Source: an uncultured Verrucomicrobiae bacterium
Lineage (GTDB): Bacteria > Verrucomicrobiota > Verrucomicrobiia > Chthoniobacterales > JAFAMB01
NCBI GenBank assembly: GCA_963837955.1
Contig: CAWIPH010000002.1
Coordinates: forward strand, 960,001 to 1,024,000
Direction of reading: 5' to 3'
Length of the DNA: 64,000 nt
Positions 32,295 through 40,817 of the stretch are shown here, one piece after another. The translations under genes and the position numbers were made by a program. Under the pieces are notes generated by a model. That model ran no database searches and was not told the DNA's origin. It saw only the letters and a list, made by a program, of their open reading frames with translations. Each line of letters begins with the position of its first letter. Position 1 is the first letter of the stretch.

Positions 32295-33164
32295 ATGAAA
32301 TTTAGTTTCTCCGGAAGGTTCCGAACGCTACTGCCCGTTTTGCTCGTCTTTTTGCTCAGCGGAACCGGTTGGGCCGAGCCGCGTACAACCAATCTTTGGT
32401 GGCTACCCGATGTCGCCAGCAAAGGCGGAGAGCAGATCGATCAGATCCTTTATTTTATCTGCTATCTGACCGGGGGCGTCTTTTTGCTGACCCAGGTGGT
32501 CTACATTTACTTTCTCATTAAGTATCGCGCTCGGAGAGGAGTACGGGCCACCTATAGCCATGGCAATAACCGGTTGGAGCTGGTGTGGACGGCCATCCCG
32601 ACTGCAATCTTCATCGGCTTGTGGGGTTACAGCAATCACGTTTGGTGGGATGTCCTGCATTCCACTCCTCCGAGTGATGCCCTGGAAGTCGGAGTGACCG
32701 CTTACCAATTCGCATTCTCCATGCAGTACCCCGGGCCGGATGGGAAACTAGGTCGTTCTGATGTAAAGTTGATCTCAAACGACAATCTATTTGGCAATGA
32801 TCCGTCTGATCCCGAAACAAAAGATAATTTTACGTCAGCTGTCTTGGAATTGCCGGTGAATCGACCGGTCCACATCCGATTGAATTCCAAGGATGTGATT
32901 CACGCATTTTATATCCCCCAGTTTCGTATCTATCAGGACGCCGTGCCTGGGCGGACCATCGAATGGGTTTGGTTTACACCGACCAAAATCGGCAGCTACC
33001 AACTGGCTTGCAACCAGCTTTGCGGTTCCGGCCACTACAACATGAAGGCACAAGTGGAGGTTGTCTCGCAGCAAGATTTTGACAAATGGTATCAGGAGAA
33101 GGTGAAGCCTGCTCCAGCGCCATCACCAGCACCTACGCAATCGGATCAAAAGACAGCAAAGTAG
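32295..33164 (+). CDS. coxB: aa3-type cytochrome c oxidase subunit II
   Basis: LELVWTAIP; CuA motif DVIH...CNQLCGSGHYNM; no C-terminal CxxCH domain. Confidence 0.95.
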   Translation: MKFSFSGRFRTLLPVLLVFLLSGTGWAEPRTTNLWWLPDVASKGGEQIDQILYFICYLTGGVFLLTQVVYIYFLIKYRARRGVRATYSHGNNRLELVWTAIPTAIFIGLWGYSNHVWWDVLHSTPPSDALEVGVTAYQFAFSMQYPGPDGKLGRSDVKLISNDNLFGNDPSDPETKDNFTSAVLELPVNRPVHIRLNSKDVIHAFYIPQFRIYQDAVPGRTIEWVWFTPTKIGSYQLACNQLCGSGHYNMKAQVEVVSQQDFDKWYQEKVKPAPAPSPAPTQSDQKTAK

Positions 33165-33166
33165 TC

Positions 33167-34939
33167 ATGGCACAAACAATCGCTCATTCCGACTTAGATC
33201 TGCATGGTGCGTCCACGCATAGGCATCATGAGCTGAGTTTTTTCAACAAATACATTTGGTCCGAAGACCACAAAACGATTGCCATCCAATATCTGTTCGC
33301 CAGCCTGTTCTTTTTGATTGTCGGCGGCCTGCTGGCAATGGGAGTGCGCTATCAGCTGGCTTTTCCCGGAGCGCCCGTGCCCCTGATTGGAGGCCTGTTG
33401 CCAAAATGGTTAGTGACTGATGCGGGAGCTTTTTCCCCCGGTGGATACAATGCCCTCTTTACCATGCACGCCACCGTGATGGTGTTCCTGGTGGTGATGC
33501 CCCTTTTGGTCGGCGTTTTTGGTAATTTCCTGATTCCGCTCAAGATAGGTGCGCCCGATATGGCGTTTCCATTTTTTAACGCGTTATCGTTTTGGCTCTT
33601 TTTCGTTTCGGGAATGGTACTGCTTGCGAGCTTCTTTGCGCCGAATGGATTCCCTGCTTCGGGATGGACCTCCTACGCGCCGCTCTCCTCTCATGGCGCC
33701 TATAACGGTACTCAGGCCGGCCAGAGCCTGTGGTGCCTCGGAATATTCATCAATGGTTTGTCCTCCATTGCCGGCGCGACCAACTATATTACGACAATTG
33801 TGAACATGCGGGCGCCAGGCATGAAAATGTTCCGGCTGCCGTTGCCGGTCTGGGCGCTATTTGTGACCGCTTTCCTGCTCCTGCTCGCGGTCCCGGTACT
33901 CTCTGCCGCGGCCGCCATGCTGTTCTTCGATCTGAATTTTGGAACCTCGTTTTTCTCCGGTGACAATTACGGCCAACCATTGCTTTGGCAGCATCTTTTC
34001 TGGTTTTTCGGTCATCCCGAGGTGTACATCCTGATTTTGCCCTCGATGGGTTTGGTCTCGGAAGTTATCGCGGTCTTTTCTCGCAAGCCAATCTTCGGGT
34101 ATAAGGCCATGGTCTTCGCGCTGATAGCTATCGGCGGGCTCGGTTTCGTCGTCTGGGGCCACCACATGTTTGTGAGCGGGATGAATCTTTTGCTGTCTGC
34201 GACTTTCTCCTTTTCGACCATGGTGATCGCCGTTCCCTCGGCTATTAAGACTTTCAATTGGATGGGAACAGTCTGGGGCGGGTCAATCCGATTCACGACA
34301 CCGATGTGTTTCGCGCTCGCGTTTGTTTCGATGTTCGTGATCGGCGGCTTGAGCGGAATCTACATGGCCTCGACTCCGGTGGATCTGTTTATCCATCACA
34401 CCTACTTCATTGTCGCTCATATTCACTACGTGCTTTTCGGCGGAAGCCTCTTTGGGGTTTTCGCGGGGATCTACTTTTGGTACCCAAAAATGTTTGGTCG
34501 GATGATGAACGAGTTTTGGGGCAAGGTGCATTTCGTCCTCGCGTTCATGTTTTTTAATCTGACGTTCTTCCCGATGCACAATTTGGGGTTGAACGGGATG
34601 ATGCGGCGCATCGCGGACCCGACTCTGTATGACCATCTCCGTAGCCAACAACCTCTGCAAATATTCATCACGTTGAGTGCGTTTGGTCTGGGCTTATCGA
34701 CCATCCCATTTTTCATCAATTTCTTTTACAGCATGTTCAAGGGACCGAAGGCGCCCAAAAATCCTTGGAATTCGACGACTTTGGAGTGGACGGTTCCTTC
34801 GCCACCGGGACATGGAAATTTCGAAGTGACACCTACGGTTTATCATGGGCCGTACGAATACAGCGTTCCGGGCATGCAGCAGGATTTTCTCCCGCAGAAT
34901 CAGCCAGCGCCTGACACCGCCCAACTGACAGTACATTGA
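33167..34939 (+). CDS. coxA: aa3-type cytochrome c oxidase subunit I (A1 family)
   Basis: TMHA, PDMAFP, FWFFGHPEVY, VWGHHMF, AVPSAIK, VAHIHYV; all six His present; start ATG 33167. Confidence 0.97.
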   Translation: MAQTIAHSDLDLHGASTHRHHELSFFNKYIWSEDHKTIAIQYLFASLFFLIVGGLLAMGVRYQLAFPGAPVPLIGGLLPKWLVTDAGAFSPGGYNALFTMHATVMVFLVVMPLLVGVFGNFLIPLKIGAPDMAFPFFNALSFWLFFVSGMVLLASFFAPNGFPASGWTSYAPLSSHGAYNGTQAGQSLWCLGIFINGLSSIAGATNYITTIVNMRAPGMKMFRLPLPVWALFVTAFLLLLAVPVLSAAAAMLFFDLNFGTSFFSGDNYGQPLLWQHLFWFFGHPEVYILILPSMGLVSEVIAVFSRKPIFGYKAMVFALIAIGGLGFVVWGHHMFVSGMNLLLSATFSFSTMVIAVPSAIKTFNWMGTVWGGSIRFTTPMCFALAFVSMFVIGGLSGIYMASTPVDLFIHHTYFIVAHIHYVLFGGSLFGVFAGIYFWYPKMFGRMMNEFWGKVHFVLAFMFFNLTFFPMHNLGLNGMMRRIADPTLYDHLRSQQPLQIFITLSAFGLGLSTIPFFINFFYSMFKGPKAPKNPWNSTTLEWTVPSPPGHGNFEVTPTVYHGPYEYSVPGMQQDFLPQNQPAPDTAQLTVH

Positions 34940-35979
34940 TGTCCGCTTACGATCTACCGAAGCGTCTTCTGCACTGGTTTGCGATCGTCTCGGCCCTAAG
35001 CGTACTGGTACTGATCTGTAGCGGTGGACTGGTGACGAGCCACGAGGCCGGTATGGCCGTACCGGATTGGCCGAATAGCTTCGGTTACAACATGTTTCTC
35101 TTTCCAATCTCCCGTTGGGTGGGAGGAGCCTTCTTCGAACATACCCATCGCTTGATCGCCAGCTTGGTCGGACTGCTTACCGTGGGTCTTTGTATAGCGA
35201 CATGGCTGATCGAGGATCGACGTTGGGTGAAATGGCTCTCGAGCCTTGCCGTATTAGCGGTTGTTCTCCAGGGAGTGCTCGGCGGTTTAAGAGTCACCGA
35301 AAACAACGCGCTGCTCGGGCTTTTCCACGGCTGCCTGGCTCAAAGTTTTCTGGCCCTAATGGCCACTCTCGCCCTGGCTACCTCTCCGTTCTGGAGGCGT
35401 CTCGCGATGGCAGAATTCGGGACCGAAATGGGGCTGCTGCGTAGTTGGTCCGTGGCCGTGACCATCATGATATTCGCTCAACTTGTCCTCGGAGCCGGTA
35501 TGCGCCATTCTCACGCGGGTCTGTCGATACCCGATTTCCCTACCACCTACGGAGCTTGGTTGCCGCCACTCGATCCTAGTGCAATTGCAAAAATAAATGA
35601 GGCGCGCGGAGCGGCCGGAGAACGGTTCACCTCGGCTAGTCTGATCCTGCTTCAATACGCACATCGGGTTTGGGCCTGTTTCATCGCGCTGGCGGTGGTT
35701 TGGGTCGGTGTGAAGCTGGCTCGTTCAGCCTTTTTACCGAAACCGATTCGAGTCGGTGCTGCCTCTTGGATATTCCTGGTCTTCGCCCAGATAGCCCTCG
35801 GCGCCTGGACGGTTTTAAGCAACAAGGCGGCTGATATTGCCACCTCGCATGTCTTGGCCGGTGCGCTCTTACTCGTAGTTGGTGTGCTCTTGAGTGTCTC
35901 TCTTTCCCGAATTCTAGCTTGCAACAGCCACGGGACAGCGAGAGGTTCGCGAGTTTATCCGATTGAGATAAAGGCATGA
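34939..35979 (+). CDS. ctaA: Heme A synthase (CtaA/COX15)
   Basis: GMAVPDWP, EHTHRLIA, QGVLGGLRV, FHGCLAQ, QYAHR, TSHV. Confidence 0.9.
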   Translation: MSAYDLPKRLLHWFAIVSALSVLVLICSGGLVTSHEAGMAVPDWPNSFGYNMFLFPISRWVGGAFFEHTHRLIASLVGLLTVGLCIATWLIEDRRWVKWLSSLAVLAVVLQGVLGGLRVTENNALLGLFHGCLAQSFLALMATLALATSPFWRRLAMAEFGTEMGLLRSWSVAVTIMIFAQLVLGAGMRHSHAGLSIPDFPTTYGAWLPPLDPSAIAKINEARGAAGERFTSASLILLQYAHRVWACFIALAVVWVGVKLARSAFLPKPIRVGAASWIFLVFAQIALGAWTVLSNKAADIATSHVLAGALLLVVGVLLSVSLSRILACNSHGTARGSRVYPIEIKA

Positions 35980-36893
35980 ATTCCGTTTCCGAACAAACGC
36001 CAACTCGTCTAGCGAAACAGGAATCGAAAGCTTCGGCTCGCCGGTTTTTGGCCGACATCGCTGAGCTGGTAAAGGTGCGCCTGACTTTACTGGTCCTGAT
36101 GACGACCTTGGTCGGATTTCTCTTCGGTTGGCGAGGAAATCTGGACCTGCTCTACCTTTTTCACGCGCTCTGCGGGACATTTCTTGCGGCCGCGGGTGCC
36201 GCCGCGCTCAACCAAGTGTTTGAAGCGGATTACGATCTACGGATGCGTCGGACCAGAAACCGGCCGATTCCCGCTCGACGCTTGTCGCGCGACGAAGGGC
36301 TGATTATCGGATTACTGGGTTGTGTGGCAGGCGTAATCTATTTGAGCTTGGCGACTAACCTCTTGGCTGGCCTCCTCACCGCACTGACGATCGGTACCTA
36401 TCTTTTTGCCTACACTCCACTCAAACGAGTAACGACCCTGAACACGGTTGTCGGCGCGATTCCAGGTGCGCTACCTCCGATGATCGGGTGGGCGGCGGCT
36501 CGGGGACAGCTTGATTTTGAGGCTTGGATCCTGTTCGCGATTTTGTTCCTTTGGCAGATGCCTCACTTTCTGGCCATCGCTTGGCTCTACCGCAAAGACT
36601 ATCGAGACGCCGGATTCGTGATGTTAAGCGGATCCGACCCGGATTGCCGGTTGACCGGGCGGCTAGCGCTTTTTTACACGATGGCGTTGGTCTCTGTCAG
36701 TCTTTTGCCTTTCGTGCTGCGACTCACTTCCTTTTGGTATGTTCTGGTCGCTCTAATCAGCGGAATCGGATTTTTCCTGGCCGCTCTTGCGTTCGCATTA
36801 GCCGGAACCGAGAAAGCTGCGCGCCGTTTGTTCCTGGTCTCGATTATTTACTTGCCCTTAACGCTCGGCGCATTGGTGTTGGCTCGGGTCTGA
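35976..36893 (+). CDS. ctaB: Protoheme IX farnesyltransferase (heme O synthase)
   Basis: DLRMRRTRNRPIP, YTPLKR, GAIPGALPPMIGW, LWQMPHFLAIAW. Confidence 0.96.
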   Translation: MNSVSEQTPTRLAKQESKASARRFLADIAELVKVRLTLLVLMTTLVGFLFGWRGNLDLLYLFHALCGTFLAAAGAAALNQVFEADYDLRMRRTRNRPIPARRLSRDEGLIIGLLGCVAGVIYLSLATNLLAGLLTALTIGTYLFAYTPLKRVTTLNTVVGAIPGALPPMIGWAAARGQLDFEAWILFAILFLWQMPHFLAIAWLYRKDYRDAGFVMLSGSDPDCRLTGRLALFYTMALVSVSLLPFVLRLTSFWYVLVALISGIGFFLAALAFALAGTEKAARRLFLVSIIYLPLTLGALVLARV

Positions 36894-37012
36894 TGGATGA
36901 AGAACTGAAGAGGAAGAACCGACGGTTGCTGATTGTTCTCGCTTGCTTCGCCGTATTACTTTGCCTGCTCGTGATACTTTGGAAATTATCTATCTATAAA
37001 GTCTTCTCATGA
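36893..37012 (+). CDS. 39-aa single-TM small protein in the oxidase operon
   Basis: MDEELKRKNRRLLIVLACFAVLLCLLVILWKLSIYKVFS; TGATG overlap with ctaB and ATGA overlap with coxC. Confidence 0.65.
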   Translation: MDEELKRKNRRLLIVLACFAVLLCLLVILWKLSIYKVFS

Positions 37013-37605
37013 ATTCTTCTGCCTTGACCATGGATGCGGTTCCCAAAGCCGGCCCGAACGTAGTCCGTTTCGGGATGCTCACGTTTCTCGCTTCGGAGGC
37101 GATGCTGTTTGCCGGCCTGATCTGTGGGTACATGGTCCTAAGGTCTGGCGCCGGTGCTGGCTGGCAATTGCCAGAAGCCCTGAAAAGCGGCCCAACCTTA
37201 ATCAAGACTTCGATTGCGACGGCTTTACTGCTGGGCAGCAGTGTTACTTTGCACTTCAGCGAGTCACGCCTGATCAAGCAATCTGGGGGAAAGCTCCTGT
37301 TGTTGGCCACCGTATTGCTCGGATCGCTGTTCTTAGCCAACCAAGCCGACGAATGGAGGAATCTGTTCCACGAGGGTTTTTGGTTCAATACGGCCGGGAT
37401 TATGGGATCGAGTTTCTTTGTGCTCACTGGATTCCACGGAATGCACGTTTTCATCGGCGTACTTCTTCTAATTGCTACGCTGATTCGCGCTCTCTCGGGT
37501 AAGGTCACTTCCTCGCGACATGGTTTTCTGGAATGCGTCGGACTCTATTGGCATTTCGTCGACGTGGTCTGGGTTTTCTTGTTTACGATCTTGTACATTC
37601 TTTGA
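37009..37605 (+). CDS. coxC: Cytochrome c oxidase subunit III (short 5-TM form)
   Basis: FLASEAMLFAG, LTGFHGMHV, LYWHFVDVVW. Confidence 0.95.
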   Translation: MNSSALTMDAVPKAGPNVVRFGMLTFLASEAMLFAGLICGYMVLRSGAGAGWQLPEALKSGPTLIKTSIATALLLGSSVTLHFSESRLIKQSGGKLLLLATVLLGSLFLANQADEWRNLFHEGFWFNTAGIMGSSFFVLTGFHGMHVFIGVLLLIATLIRALSGKVTSSRHGFLECVGLYWHFVDVVWVFLFTILYIL

Positions 37606-37677
37606 GGAAGCCTTCTGCTTAACACCAATGCCCCTCCCTTGCCACGGATCGATTGGCACTTTGAATAGACGCGCTCG

Positions 37678-38274
37678 GTGAAGCGACGGTTCTTGATCAC
37701 CTTTTGTCTGGCGGTAGTTGCTGCCGCCTTGGTCGTGCTGGGCTATTTATCCTGGAACGCCTCCATCCGGAGAGATCGAGCGGACCTCCCGCGCTTCGGA
37801 ATGGCGCCGGAGTTCAGTCTCAAGGATCAAAACGGATCGCCGGTGGGGAAGGATCAATTGCGTGGCAAGACCTGGGTCGCCGATTTTTTCGATCCGGCCG
37901 CGCCTGGTTTAAATGCCTTACTCGGCAGCCGATTTGCTGAACTGGACCAAAATTTTCAAAAAGGGGAGCAGCTTACGCTTGTCTCGTTTGTAATTCCCAG
38001 TGGGGATCAGAATGGATTAGCGGATCTTTCCCGGCGCTTTCTCGCTTCATCTCATTGGCATTTTCTCGCTGGAACGGTGGACGAAATTCGCGACGTTCAG
38101 GATCGCTGGAACCTGATTGTCTCGGCCCAACCTGGTGGAGGCGCGGCATCTCGATCCTTCTTCTTGGTCGATTCTGAAGGAATGATTCGCGGTGTATACG
38201 ACGGCCGTTTACCCGAGACTGTGCAACGGGTGCTCGAAGATATCGGAACCCTCTTGCGCACCGGCGCCAAGTAG
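37678..38274 (+). CDS. SCO1/SenC-family protein lacking Cu ligands
   Basis: TM anchor, APEFSLKDQNG, LRGKTWVADFF, WHFLAG, FFLVDSEGMIRGVYDG; CxxxC and His absent. Confidence 0.8.
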   Translation: MKRRFLITFCLAVVAAALVVLGYLSWNASIRRDRADLPRFGMAPEFSLKDQNGSPVGKDQLRGKTWVADFFDPAAPGLNALLGSRFAELDQNFQKGEQLTLVSFVIPSGDQNGLADLSRRFLASSHWHFLAGTVDEIRDVQDRWNLIVSAQPGGGAASRSFFLVDSEGMIRGVYDGRLPETVQRVLEDIGTLLRTGAK

Positions 38275-38289
38275 CGCAAGGTTTACTTC

Positions 38290-38547
38290 ATGCGACGCGT
38301 GTTCTTCTCGGTTTTAACCTTGCTACTCGCGGCGATCCCCTCTGCTCTCGCCTGCGAGGGTTGTAAGGAGCCGACGAGCGTCGCTGGCAGTGGCGGAGTC
38401 GATGGCATCAGCGCCGGATTTTCGGCTAGCGTGATATTTATGCTGGCGATCATTGGCTCTCTGATCGGCGGATTTATCTGGATGATCGCTCGGAGCTGTA
38501 AGCAACTCGAGAGCGCTCATCGCGAGGCAGCTGCGATTTCGGACTGA
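38290..38547 (+). CDS. Small membrane protein with N-terminal CxxC
   Basis: Signal peptide ending ALA, then CEGCK, then one TM. Confidence 0.7.
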   Translation: MRRVFFSVLTLLLAAIPSALACEGCKEPTSVAGSGGVDGISAGFSASVIFMLAIIGSLIGGFIWMIARSCKQLESAHREAAAISD

Positions 38548-39159
38548 GTGTTTGGAGTTTTTCGATCTTTTAACCGCTCAGTGGTTGTGTCGCGCAAGGA
38601 ACAACTCGCTAAGGCGCTTTCCGTTTGTGGGCATCCATTTATTTTCTCACCAGTAATCGCGTTGCTAGCCGGCTGTTGGTTCCTCGGTCCCATCGAAGCA
38701 GTGATCGGTTTAGCGACGGTGCTTCTTTTTTGTTTATTGCCCGCGTCACTTTATATCTTGCGCAAGGTGCGCGTGGGTCAATGGAGCGACCTCGACGTCT
38801 CTGCGCGCAAAGACCGTCCTCAACTATTCGTTGTCGGGTTAGGGTGCCTGTTTGTCACTGTCCTGGTCCTCGTGCTGACGCAGCAACCGATGGTGTACGC
38901 CCGCGGTTGTCTCGCCGCCATGTTGCTCGTTTCGACAGGTTGGCTGCTGAATCGGTGGCTTAAACCTTCCATGCATGCGGGCTTCGCCATGATGACGGCT
39001 AGCGCACTCTGGTTAGTGAGCGCGCGCTTAGCGATCCTGGCAATGCTCTTCGCCATAGCCGTCGGTTGGTCCAGAGTCGCTCTGCGCCGGCATACAGTGT
39101 TCGAAGTCTGCGTTGGACTTGCGCTAGGTGTTTTGGTCGCACGATTGCTGTTGTTTTAA
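38548..39159 (+). CDS. PAP2-like integral membrane protein (start may be ~38587)
   Basis: ~6 TMs; SDLDVSARKDR, KPSMH, WSRVALRRHT. Confidence 0.7.
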   Translation: MFGVFRSFNRSVVVSRKEQLAKALSVCGHPFIFSPVIALLAGCWFLGPIEAVIGLATVLLFCLLPASLYILRKVRVGQWSDLDVSARKDRPQLFVVGLGCLFVTVLVLVLTQQPMVYARGCLAAMLLVSTGWLLNRWLKPSMHAGFAMMTASALWLVSARLAILAMLFAIAVGWSRVALRRHTVFEVCVGLALGVLVARLLLF

Positions 39160-39194
39160 AGGGAGGCGTTAGGGATTGTTCTGGGCCCCCGATC

Positions 39195-39790
39195 GGTAGG
39201 GCGAAAGCCTGGTACGGTATCAGCCGTACCGGCTTGAGCCGTTGTGACCGTACCCAAGGTGCTGTCGATGGCCGAAGACTCATCACCCATGCAAGGAAGA
39301 CCAATCAGGGGCCATTCCAACAATGGCTCAAACCCGGCGCGGACGGCGCAACAAACATGGCAACGTTTCCAGCGCGCCGAGGTTTTCGCCCTACCAATGA
39401 TCGGTAGGGCGAAAGCCTGATACCGTCTCAGCGGGATCGGCTTGAGCCGTTGTGGCTGTACCCAAGGTGCTGTCGACGGCCGAAGACTCATCACCCATGC
39501 AAGGAAGACCAATCAGGGGCCCATTCCGACAATGGCTCAAACCCGGCGCGGACGGCGCAACAAACATGGCAACGTTTCCAGCGCGCCGAGGTTTTCGCCC
39601 TACCAATGATCGGTAGGGCGAAAGCCTGGTACGGTATCAGCCGTACCGGCTTGAGCCGTTCGTGCCCATCCGACTGAGGAACCGAGGAAAAAGACGCAAC
39701 ACAGATTGATGCAACGGGCGGCTCAAACCCGGCGCGACCCAGGCGAAAGAAATCGAAACGTTTCCGGCGCGCCGAGGTTTTCGCCCTACC
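39195..39790. repeat. Three tandem REPIN-like units (family 1): 39195-39395, 39403-39604, 39612-39790
   Basis: Each bounded by GGTAGGGCGAAA...TTTCGCCCTACC and joined by aatgatc. Confidence 0.92.
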
Positions 39791-40112
39791 AGTCAGGGAT
39801 GTATCGAGGCCCAAGACAAGAGACGCGCTTTCGCCACGGCCCACTCTTTGGTTGCAAAAACTTGGCACACTATTAGTTATTCTAATAGCCGCTCCTGGCC
39901 GGGGCGGGTGCACTTGTCCGTGTCCTATTAATCCTTTAGTTTCGGCGATTTTGACAATTAGTGTTATCTGCAGATTTAGCTCGTCTGGATCAGCAGTGGC
40001 CGTCGCCTCCAAAGATTCTCGTGCAGCGAAAGAGCACAGGAACGTTTTTCGATGACACTTTGAGGAATTTGAAGCAACGGTACGAAGTGAAGATGCTAGG
40101 TAAAAACCAGCA

Positions 40113-40817
40113 GTGATGATACCGCGCCGTTTCGGTGAACCCCGACCCTCCCACCCGCGGGAAGTCAGATTGGATGAACTTTGGTTTCTGCGACCTGAAG
40201 CTCTCCTCCTCCCGATCGTGCTCATGTTTTCCTCGTGTGACCAGGAGAAGATTGCCGTCTACCGTATCCCAAAAGAGTCCGTGGCGCTGGAAACCACCGC
40301 CGGCGGCTCGTTGGCGCCTGCACCGCCGTCGGAGCTCCCGAAATGGACGGTGCCGGCCGACTGGAAAGAAAAACCGCTGAGTGAGATGCGACTGGCCAGT
40401 TTTAAAGCGGAAGGAACAAATGGCGAGTCAGCAGATATATCGATCAGCTCCTTTCCCGGTGATGCTGGCGGACTGGAATCCAACGTCAATCGGTGGAGGG
40501 GCCAGGTTCATCAAGCTGCTCTGGATCCGGACTCACTGGCCAAGACCTTCGAGCGAACGACTATCGATGGCGTGCCTGTCGTCTTGGTCGACGTGCAAAC
40601 GCCGGAAGGCGCCGAAAAACCAGATCGGGTTCTCGGCGCGGTTCTTCGGACCGCCGACCGTACTTGGTTCATCAAGATGACTGGACCACCGGCTGTCCTA
40701 GGGGCGCAGGCCAATAATTTTAAGCAATTTGTAGGCTCTTTCCGATTCTCAAACCAATCGGAAACGAGTGATAGCTCTGTTGGCTCAGGAAAAGCAAAAT
40801 CGACTAATGATAAGTAG
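40113..40817 (+). CDS. Conserved hypothetical lipoprotein heading the cytochrome c biogenesis operon (start uncertain)
   Basis: LLLPIVLMFSSC lipobox-like segment; WTVPADW, MRLASF, NVNRWRGQ, TWFIKMTGP; overlaps next start. Confidence 0.7.
   Translation: MMIPRRFGEPRPSHPREVRLDELWFLRPEALLLPIVLMFSSCDQEKIAVYRIPKESVALETTAGGSLAPAPPSELPKWTVPADWKEKPLSEMRLASFKAEGTNGESADISISSFPGDAGGLESNVNRWRGQVHQAALDPDSLAKTFERTTIDGVPVVLVDVQTPEGAEKPDRVLGAVLRTADRTWFIKMTGPPAVLGAQANNFKQFVGSFRFSNQSETSDSSVGSGKAKSTNDK

Noticed and set aside
32295..33164. CuA motif CNQLC (Gln for Glu) as a defect
   Set aside because: That residue binds CuA through its backbone carbonyl, and Gln occurs in working enzymes such as Thermus ba3
39195..39790. 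Tandem arrays (also 13647-14074) as CRISPR or CRISPR-like arrays
   Set aside because: Units are ~200 bp with terminal inverted repeats, the internal segments are near-identical rather than unique spacers, and no cas genes are present
39862..39877. TTGGCACACTATTAGT as a sigma54 promoter for the ccs operon
   Set aside because: The -12 element is GT rather than GC and the site is far from the start; too weak to call
39852..40115. Small ORFs or ncRNA between the repeat array and the lipoprotein gene
   Set aside because: No recognisable motif, SD or convincing structure
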